64,000 nt of DNA. Origin: an uncultured Trueperaceae bacterium. GTDB lineage: Bacteria > Deinococcota > Deinococci > Deinococcales > Trueperaceae. Positions 1-6,717 of this stretch are shown here, in pieces. The notes under the pieces are model-generated. The model worked only from the letters and a program-made list of their open reading frames with translations. It was not told the origin of the DNA and did no database searches. Position 1 is the first letter of the stretch. Each line of letters starts with the position of its first letter. The stretch covers positions 96,001 through 160,000 of the forward strand of contig CAWFFU010000011.1 in NCBI GenBank assembly GCA_963815215.1, in the 5' to 3' direction. The position numbers and the translations under genes were made by a program.

Positions 1-1097
1 ATTGTCTCCTTGTAGAGACGTTCGGCCGCGGTGAAGTCACCAAGAAACTCGTTTATAAATGCCAAGGATCTCGCTGTCTCCGGACTACGCCGTGTGCGGT
101 GAGCTCGAGTGGCCTCGCCCAACGATCGGTCGTTGAATTCCACAGCCGCACGCAAAGCCCGAAGATCAGGCGCGTCATGAGCTTCAAGATACTTGTCGAC
201 CCTTGGGAGCATTGAGCGCCACTTGTTGACCGCTATTGCACTGTTGAACATCCAATACATGAATTCCTCTTGCCTGAACATCCAACGGGGTACTTCTGAC
301 ATATATCGCCAGAATCGCTCGAACTCACCGGCTTCAAAGTAGGCGTTTCCGGCCTCGCCAAGAACCTCGGCCAACCGGGTTTGAGCGTGGTCAAAAGCAA
401 ATTCAAATGCTTCGATCCATCGCTTGCGTGCAATCAGCACGTCGATGACTCCGTTGACTCCTTCACGAAATGCGGCCCCGAGGTAGTCGCCCAAGAGACC
501 CTGATTTGACTGCGTCCTCCGATTCAGCATGAGTGCATCTTCTATAGCGCTTAGCGCTCCGCCAGCGTCCATCACGGCCCGCTGAATATCGTGCGGGTCA
601 CGCTCCAGCTCGAATAGTTCCTGAGCTTCCGCAATCGTGATTCGGAGATCAGACCCTTCGATAGGAGAGGTGACGATTGCCTCCGCTATCGAAGGAATCA
701 CTTCGCAGGCATGCAGCACGAGTAGATTGGGAGAGCGAATCGACTCGAGAAGGCGAAGGGCCAGTTGGGGAGACTCGTCAGCGTTGACAACGGCAACAGT
801 AATCGGCTCAAGGGCTGGCAGGAAGGACTCAAACACCGCAAACGCATACTCTTCACCAACCCCAAGACCGAACAAGGAGGAGCCTAGCCCGCGGCGGAGG
901 GCTTCCGACAACGCGTTTCCAACGCTCACGGAGTCGCTGCACTCAACTTCGCGCAAATCCAAGAAGACAAGGGGCTGCTCTGGGTCACGTAGGCCAACGA
1001 ACACGCGCCGGAGCCCCCACTCGTCTCCTGCGACCACGAAGACCGGCGACGGCATCTCAAGAAGAGTGCGACGTACGCGCTCGAACCACGTATTCAT
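1..1097 (-). CDS. Putative TPR-containing (MalT/BTAD-like) regulator, N-terminal part; runs off the left edge
   Basis: Not in the ORF track because no stop falls inside the window. Manual translation from ATG 1097 (SD AAGGAGG) gives MNTWFERVRRTLLEMPSPVFVVAG...LRITIAEAQELF...EAGNAYFEAGEFERFW...FLGDFTAAERLYKE, with helical TPR-like segments. Confidence 0.65.
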   Translation of the reverse strand, partial: MNTWFERVRRTLLEMPSPVFVVAGDEWGLRRVFVGLRDPEQPLVFLDLREVECSDSVSVGNALSEALRRGLGSSLFGLGVGEEYAFAVFESFLPALEPITVAVVNADESPQLALRLLESIRSPNLLVLHACEVIPSIAEAIVTSPIEGSDLRITIAEAQELFELERDPHDIQRAVMDAGGALSAIEDALMLNRRTQSNQGLLGDYLGAAFREGVNGVIDVLIARKRWIEAFEFAFDHAQTRLAEVLGEAGNAYFEAGEFERFWRYMSEVPRWMFRQEEFMYWMFNSAIAVNKWRSMLPRVDKYLEAHDAPDLRALRAAVEFNDRSLGEATRAHRTRRSPETARSLAFINEFLGDFTAAERLYKET

Positions 1098-1230
1098 CTT
1101 GCCCTCCTTGTCAACTACTCCTCCTTGCTGTAGCCCCCGTGGGTCTGGTCTGAGTCCCCAACCCCCGTACAGCAAGCCTCAACTACTTGTTCCTGATCTT
1201 CCACCTCGGCAACCATCTATGCTCAGTTCA

Positions 1231-2418
1231 ATGCCGCTCTCCCCCCAGGCACTTAGGCGTCGCGCAAAGAAGTTCCTCGTGCGGAATCAGCTCCAGCTGT
1301 TTGTCCCCGTCCTTCCTGGACTAGAGCGCCTGACGGCCGAGCAGGCGAAGTCTATTGGCCAAGAGATCCGAATCGTGCACGGCGGCATTGAGTTTCGAGG
1401 TGACCTTGCCTCAATCTATCGGGCCAATCTCGCAGTGCGGACGGGAAACCGCGTGCTCCTCCGTCTGGGTCAGTTCCTATCACAAAGCTACCCCATGCTC
1501 TACAATCACGCACGCAGGATTGACTGGCCCGCCGTTCTAGGCAATTGCCCAGACGTCAGTATTGACGTATCGGCCCGCGAGTCTCGCCTCAATCACAAGG
1601 AAGGCATTCGTCAGGCAATTCTTGACGCAATTCGCAGTTCCATGGCGGAGCACGACGTCAACACTGTTCTCGTCGATGGCGGTCCCCTCACCGTGAAGGC
1701 GAGGCTCTACCAAGACAGGTGCACGCTAAGTCTCGACACAACAGGGGAACACCTTCACAAGCGGGGATATCGAAGTCACGCAACAACTGCGCCGATCCGC
1801 GAAACAACGGCAGCTGGCATGCTTCTCCTTGCCCAATCTAAATCGTATGACGTCATAATCGATCCATTCTGTGGGTCCGGAACATTCGCAATTGAGGCCG
1901 AGCTAATCGCTAGGAACTATCCCCCCGGGATGTCCAGACGCTTCGCAATCGAGAACAGTCCTTTGCACGCGCCCGGAATGCTTCGCCACATCGGCCGGCA
2001 GCTGCTCGCGAGTGCTAGCGACCATTCCACTCAGACTGTTCTCGGCTTCGACATCTCGCCGACTGCAATACAATCAGCCAAATACAATGCCGACAAGGCC
2101 CCCACGACAGGGGTCAAGTTCGCTGTGTGCGACGCTTTGGCACTGGACTTCAGCAGTCTCCTACCCGAAGGGACGAAAGGGTTGATCGCGGCCAACCTTC
2201 CCTATGGAGTCCGGCTTGGAACGCGCACGAAGACGCAGTCCTTGGTACGAGCCTTCTGCTCGGTCGTCGCCCGAACTGCTGTGGGATGGGACTTTCTGCT
2301 GATCATGCCAGAAGCAGACCCGGTTCGCGAACCGGGTCTGCTGGTTGAGCGTACACTTTCATTTTCCAACGGAGGCATCCCGGTAGTCGCTTCGTTGGGA
2401 CGTGTGGAGCAACGGTAA
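1231..2418 (+). CDS. THUMP-domain class I SAM-dependent RNA methyltransferase (RlmL/YpsC-like)
   Basis: Motifs SLDTTGEHLHKRGYR, APIRETTAAGML, DPFCGSGT and ANLPYG. Leaderless start: TATGCT 1218-1223, 7 nt, ATG 1231. The ORF-track extension to 637 is antisense to the upstream gene. Confidence 0.85.
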   Translation: MPLSPQALRRRAKKFLVRNQLQLFVPVLPGLERLTAEQAKSIGQEIRIVHGGIEFRGDLASIYRANLAVRTGNRVLLRLGQFLSQSYPMLYNHARRIDWPAVLGNCPDVSIDVSARESRLNHKEGIRQAILDAIRSSMAEHDVNTVLVDGGPLTVKARLYQDRCTLSLDTTGEHLHKRGYRSHATTAPIRETTAAGMLLLAQSKSYDVIIDPFCGSGTFAIEAELIARNYPPGMSRRFAIENSPLHAPGMLRHIGRQLLASASDHSTQTVLGFDISPTAIQSAKYNADKAPTTGVKFAVCDALALDFSSLLPEGTKGLIAANLPYGVRLGTRTKTQSLVRAFCSVVARTAVGWDFLLIMPEADPVREPGLLVERTLSFSNGGIPVVASLGRVEQR

Positions 2419-2456
2419 CGGTTGCGCGCAGCCCGCAGTCGCAAGTGCCCCGCATA

Positions 2457-3527
2457 TCAGATCGCGAACGGCGCGACCGACTCAGCCTTGGCCGACCCGT
2501 TGACCGAAGGGCTAGCGATCGCGGTACCATACTCGACCTGGCCTGCGTCTATCAACGATTCGAAGACAGGCACGATACTCGGATCAAACTGCGTTCCTGC
2601 ACCGTTCACAACGTACCTCAGGGCCTGTCCAACAGGCATGGGGCTTCTGTAAGGCCGCAAACTGGTCAGAGCCTCAAAGACATCCGCGATAGCGATGATG
2701 CGGGACAACTTCGGAATCTCGTCTCCTCGATATCCGAGAGGGTACCCGAGCCCGTCCCATCGCTCATGATGAGCTCGAACCACGTCAGCAATTGGTCTGA
2801 AGCCCTGAGACACGGACGCCAATAGATCTGCGCCATAACCGGGATGCCGCCGGATCTCGGCAAATTCGTCTTCCGAAAGTCGACCATTCTTCATAAGGAT
2901 GTACTCGGGCACAGCAATCTTTCCAATGTCATGGAGAAGGGCGGCCCAGTAGAGCACGTCCAAATCCTCCGCGCTCAATCCCAGGGCTAGGCCGAGAGCA
3001 ACCGCGTTCTTTGCTACGCGACGAGAATGTCCTTGGGTATGATCATCGCGGACCTCAACCGTGCGCGCAAGGCTTTCGAGAACCCTGTCTCGACCGAGAC
3101 TCGACGAACCACGGTCGATGTGCTGCATGGCCGAGGATGCTTTCGGCGCATGCCGACGTCGCAAGAGCCACGCACTCGCCCCAGCAAAGGCGACATACAG
3201 CACCGCCTGTACTACCCACGGTTCGCGTACTTGCACGAATGTCGGAATTGTCGCGTCCATCGCAGCAACCAGGCCTACCCCAAGAGCAAAGGACAGCCCC
3301 CACGAGTACGCGGCTAGCAGGATTGGAATATACAGCAACTGGAGCGCGGCCAGACGAGTCGAAGGAATCACGATGGACACGATTACCAGGACCATCAGTA
3401 GCGCTAGAACACCAATTCCCTTGGCCGGCAGGCCGTTTGAGCGCATCGCCGATCCAGAATCAAGAATCGCGCGCAGCCGCGATATGGCCTTGATTGCGCT
3501 CCTCACGTTGAAGCTCCGGATCTCCAC
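2457..3527 (-). CDS. Membrane-anchored HD-GYP c-di-GMP phosphodiesterase
   Basis: About 4 N-terminal hydrophobic helices, then HTQGHSRRV, LLHDIGK, HHERWDGLGYP and IADVFEAL. Start uncertain (3580, 3527, 3506 or 3446). Confidence 0.88.
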   Translation of the reverse strand: MEIRSFNVRSAIKAISRLRAILDSGSAMRSNGLPAKGIGVLALLMVLVIVSIVIPSTRLAALQLLYIPILLAAYSWGLSFALGVGLVAAMDATIPTFVQVREPWVVQAVLYVAFAGASAWLLRRRHAPKASSAMQHIDRGSSSLGRDRVLESLARTVEVRDDHTQGHSRRVAKNAVALGLALGLSAEDLDVLYWAALLHDIGKIAVPEYILMKNGRLSEDEFAEIRRHPGYGADLLASVSQGFRPIADVVRAHHERWDGLGYPLGYRGDEIPKLSRIIAIADVFEALTSLRPYRSPMPVGQALRYVVNGAGTQFDPSIVPVFESLIDAGQVEYGTAIASPSVNGSAKAESVAPFAI

Positions 3528-3722
3528 CCCATGATTGCCAAATGCGACAACTCAGGTTTGAGGAAGACGCGTACTCCCACGGCTGACGCCTCCTTTCGGC
3601 GTAACCGCAAAGTAGCAGGGTGACGCTTATTGTCCGTATAAACGCCACCCTACACGCACGTCTGGCAAGTTCTCAATCCGTTACGGCGTGCCTACTCCTC
3701 AAGCTGAGTCAGACTGCCAAAG

Positions 3723-3824
3723 CTACCTCTTGATCATGCTCACACCAGCCGTTGCAACGAACGGCATGGCGGCAAGGGCAGCAAACACGATTGCGGCAAA
3801 GATGCGCTTCCCAGTGTTCTTCAT
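3723..3824 (-). CDS. 33-aa secreted peptide precursor MKNTGKRIFAAIVFAALAAMPFVATA-GVSMIKR (candidate signalling propeptide)
   Basis: Below the ORF-track cutoff. ATG 3824 with GGGAGG/GGGA upstream and TAG at 3723-3725. Basic n-region, hydrophobic h-region, Pro and A-x-A site, then a 7-aa tail. Confidence 0.7.
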   Translation of the reverse strand: MKNTGKRIFAAIVFAALAAMPFVATAGVSMIKR

Positions 3825-4072
3825 ATGTGGTCCCATCCTCCCGTTTGGCCTGCGAAAGGCCACAACTACCTACACAGGTCTCCCAAAGCCTGAGTAGTCG
3901 CCTGCTGGTCTCCCAACCTCGCAGACAAATGACTGGCGGTACTCCGCCACCCTACGAACTGTTTGGAGCTTGAATTAGGAGTGAACCGAACCTCTCCTAT
4001 TAGCTCCCATCTCTTCCTGCACGGCGCCCAGAGGACCCCGAATCAAGCTGGCCTCCCAACCACCTTGATATG
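3825..4072 (-). promoter_or_regulatory. Structured ~250-nt 5' leader with repeated UGGGAG hairpin loops
   Basis: Hairpins at 4042-4069, 3965-4007, 3900-3926, 3863-3900 and 3846-3862. G-U pairs work only on the minus strand. UGGGAG at 4053-4058, 4004-4009, 3910-3915 and 3880-3885. Confidence 0.6.
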
Positions 4073-4078
4073 CGTTAC

Positions 4079-4108
4079 AAGCTACCACGTTGGGCAATGT
4101 ATCGTCAA
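4079..4108 (-). promoter_or_regulatory. Sigma70-type promoter for the peptide/HD-GYP transcript
   Basis: TTGACG (4108-4103), 18 nt, TAGCTT (4084-4079), with an extended -10 TG. Confidence 0.6.
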
Positions 4109-4317
4109 CGACGCTGGCATTCATCAGGAGCTTCGACCTAGGCGTATAATGGCGCTTCCACACGGCTTTAGTGGGATGCGCCTGTGGTCAATTGCGCGCA
4201 CCTAGAGCACCGAATACATTATCGTCGCCTAGGGTAGCCTCTCGGTTCAGTAGCAGCGGGCCTCTCACCTCAGCCCTGAGGCGCACCGCGTGGGCTAGAA
4301 AGGCCCTTGGAACAACG

Positions 4318-5982
4318 ATGAGTGAATCCGTACAGATGATGGTTACTAGGAGATTCCCCGGAATCCATCTCGAAAGTGAGGTCCAGGGTTGGGTCTTCCT
4401 CGAGGAGTTCGAGAAGGGCGTGGCAAGCTACGAAGCCACTACGACGCCCACGGCCAAAGACGATCGTTGGCTTGGTGTCTGCTACTTCCAGCTCTTCCGT
4501 GATCTTGATGCACTTGAGGCATTCTATCGAGCGATCAATCGCGGTGAAGACGCAGCTCGGGTGAACGCGGCGCATCTTCTCAAGTTTGTCGAACGATCTG
4601 AGGAAGCCAAGGAAGAACTCTCGAAGGTCGACCCCGAAACTCTCTGCACGTACGACAGGGTTCTATATCATCGGGTCCTTAGCATTCATGAAGAGAACAG
4701 CGGAAATCTTCGAGATGCCCTGAATGCTGCGGAAGAGGCGTGGCGACGTGTCCAGGGCATGCCTGAGTTCGGCCTACTTGCGCCAGCAATTCTTGTTCAA
4801 TTGGCAATCCTCCACGGGCGCATTGGAAGATCCCAGAGGGCCCTATGGTTTCTCGAACGGGGGCTGCAGTTCACAGGACCACTGGAGAATCTGAAGGTCA
4901 GATTGGGGCGGGCCGCCCTACTCATCAACCTTGGTCGATATCAGGAGGCACATGCAGAGCTAGAGTCAGTCGACCTAAGCGAGGCCCCTGCTTACCAGGT
5001 CCAGCAGCGCCTCCTTCACGGGGAACTTGATTGGGCGACTGGAAATCTGGAGCGCGCGATCCAGCAGTTCACGGCAGCATCTCAATCCGCCTTCGCACTC
5101 CAGGCCACGTACGAAGAGTTCCAGTGCCGTTTGTCGCTCGCATGCATTGTGGGAGCACGGAGGGACTTCTCCGTCGCGACGGACCATATGACCCGGGCAC
5201 AAGCACTTATTACCGACCGATCGGACCGCTTGGTCTACCGGTTCCGGGAAGTGCTCTTGCTCTATTGGATGGGCACGTATAAGCCGCAACATGCTCTTGA
5301 AGAGTTTGGGGCACTGGTGGTCGAGTTTGGTGAGATGGGCCTTCTTCAGGAACAGTGCTCCGTACACCTCCACATCGCGAACATCCTGTTTGAGATGGAG
5401 CGAGATGACTACACCCAAGAGCTTGACCGCGTGCAGGCGCTCAGCGTGTCCCTGCAGAACCAGGCTTTCCTATCGAAGGAATGGACGCTGCTCCCAAGAC
5501 TTCAGAAGGCCTCCCAGAAATCGCATGCTCGGATCGCTGGTCGAAGGAACATAGTCTTCGAAGTATTCACGCTTGGCAGCGAGAGGCTCCTTCTTGCAAA
5601 ACGGCCTGTGAACATCCCACTTCGCAGAGGCGTCGAAGTCTTGGCGTTCTTCCTGGAGAACAAGGCCGTGACCCTCAAGCAACTCCTCGCAGAGGTCTTC
5701 CCCGACGACAAGCCACGGAGCGCCAAGTCCTATTTCCATCAGTTCCGCCACCAGCTGCGTGAGAACGTCGAGGGCCTCGAGATCGAGTACGACGGTGAGT
5801 CGAAGATGTACCGGCTCAAGAGCGAGATCGACATTGTCTGGGACGTGTCGGAGCTGCGGGCAGGGCGGATCATGGGCAAGACCGGGTTGTTCCTGCCTAG
5901 CTCCGGGAACGACTGGGCGCTTGCCATCGACCGCTCTCTGGACACGTACAGGGAAGCCGCCGGAGTGCTCGAGATCGCCTGA
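4318..5982 (+). CDS. TPR-repeat protein with C-terminal OmpR/SARP-type winged helix and truncated BTAD-like tail (transcriptional regulator)
   Basis: TPR-like repeats (LGVCYFQLFRDLDALEAFYRAI, LAILHGRIGRSQRALWFLERGL, RAALLINLGRYQEAHAELE, HGELDWATGNLERAIQQFTAA). C-terminal VLAFFLENKAVTLKQLLAEVFPD...KSYFHQFRHQLR...YRL and GLFLPSSGNDWA. Start approximate. Confidence 0.8.
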   Translation: MSESVQMMVTRRFPGIHLESEVQGWVFLEEFEKGVASYEATTTPTAKDDRWLGVCYFQLFRDLDALEAFYRAINRGEDAARVNAAHLLKFVERSEEAKEELSKVDPETLCTYDRVLYHRVLSIHEENSGNLRDALNAAEEAWRRVQGMPEFGLLAPAILVQLAILHGRIGRSQRALWFLERGLQFTGPLENLKVRLGRAALLINLGRYQEAHAELESVDLSEAPAYQVQQRLLHGELDWATGNLERAIQQFTAASQSAFALQATYEEFQCRLSLACIVGARRDFSVATDHMTRAQALITDRSDRLVYRFREVLLLYWMGTYKPQHALEEFGALVVEFGEMGLLQEQCSVHLHIANILFEMERDDYTQELDRVQALSVSLQNQAFLSKEWTLLPRLQKASQKSHARIAGRRNIVFEVFTLGSERLLLAKRPVNIPLRRGVEVLAFFLENKAVTLKQLLAEVFPDDKPRSAKSYFHQFRHQLRENVEGLEIEYDGESKMYRLKSEIDIVWDVSELRAGRIMGKTGLFLPSSGNDWALAIDRSLDTYREAAGVLEIA

Positions 5983-6024
5983 TGGGCTCCGGCCCTGTCG
6001 GCAGCGCTTGTGGTAAGCTCATCA

Positions 6025-6092
6025 CAACGGAAGAGACGGTGGTAGGGAGATCCCGGAGCTGCGGTTGGGAGCCACACGCTCCGGGTTTTTCT
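6025..6092 (+). ncRNA. Candidate ~65-nt small RNA or 3' element with UUGGGAG loop and intrinsic terminator
   Basis: Extended -10 TGG-TAAGCT 6011-6019. Stem CCCGGAGC 6052-6059 / GCTCCGGG 6078-6085 with TTGGGAG at the apex, then TTTTT 6086-6090. Confidence 0.45.
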
Positions 6093-6324
6093 GTCGCGGT
6101 ACCGATGGTGATGGGGCCTCCGACCGGCTCCCCGCCTGGCCCGCCACGTGACCCGGCATTGTTCTAGGCCCCAAGTCATAGGGCCCAAGGCGTCATGGCC
6201 CCGCCATACGCGCGTTCCCAATGGTTTCCCGGGGCTGCTCCTTGGCATTCGTCTTGGACGTCATCCTGAACGTCGTTGCAGCGCAATCGTCGCGCGCAGC
6301 ACGTCGACCGTCGCGCCCGGGCTA

Positions 6325-6399
6325 CGTGCCGGCTGCTGGACGGTTGCGTGCCGGCTGCGGGACGGCTGTAAGAATCCCGTAAGACGAGCTGGCTATACT
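6325..6399 (+). promoter_or_regulatory. Promoter with direct-repeat operator upstream of the candidate sRNA
   Basis: 22-bp tandem repeat 6325-6368, GTAAGA-N5-GTAAGA (6368-6373 and 6379-6384), and -10 TATACT 6394-6399. Confidence 0.5.
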
Positions 6400-6404
6400 C
6401 GCTT

Positions 6405-6493
6405 CGTGGACCTGAGGTAACTCTCCCAGTACCTCTTCCCATCTCTTCCGAAAACCGGGCTCCGCGCCTCCCACGCGGAGTCCACCCTTTTTT
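6405..6493 (+). ncRNA. Candidate ~89-nt sRNA with C-rich (CUCCCA) hairpin loops
   Basis: -10 TATACT upstream. Hairpin GAGGTAAC-[TCTCCCA]-GTACCTC 6414-6435, linker TTCCCATCTCTTCCG, 10-bp hairpin GGGCTCCGCG-[CCTCCCA]-CGCGGAGTCC 6457-6483 (G-U pair only on +), then T6 at 6488-6493. Confidence 0.6.
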
Positions 6494-6717
6494 GGCAACC
6501 CCACGATACAGGCGATCGCCTTCGCGCGCCGTAAAATCCAACGCAGAGTAGTTGTCGGTCCCCGACGCCGTGAAAGGCGTTTGGAGGGCCGGCATGGGCT
6601 GCGCAATCACCGTCACGTCGACCGCGCTTCCGTGCCGCCTTTGCTTGCAGGAGGCACCGGAATTGTGTTAGAAAAGGTAGTTGCCAGCTTAAACGAAATG
6701 AGGAGGAAGCCCCTTTC

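Noticed and set aside
637..1230. N-terminal 198 aa of the 593-aa ORF
   Set aside because: Arg/Ser-rich antisense shadow of the minus-strand gene 1-1097. The real start is the leaderless ATG at 1231.
3590..3720. c-di-GMP riboswitch upstream of the HD-GYP gene
   Set aside because: The region is structured, but I could not match class I or class II consensus by eye. It needs an Infernal scan.
3688..3973. Plus-strand ORFs of 69 and 73 aa
   Set aside because: No RBS or protein-like features, and they are antisense to the peptide gene and its leader.
3863..4069. CRISPR-like array from the GGTCTCCCAA repeats
   Set aside because: The repeats are only 10-15 bp, irregularly spaced, with no cas genes. 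Hairpin loops explain them better.
1..5635. Prophage or transposon identity for the low-GC region
   Set aside because: No integrase, transposase, terminal repeats or phage genes in the visible part. The left boundary lies outside the window.
6176..6616. 146-aa minus-strand ORF and other ORFs across the sRNA region
   Set aside because: No recognisable domain, atypical codon use, and overlap with promoter and terminator signals.
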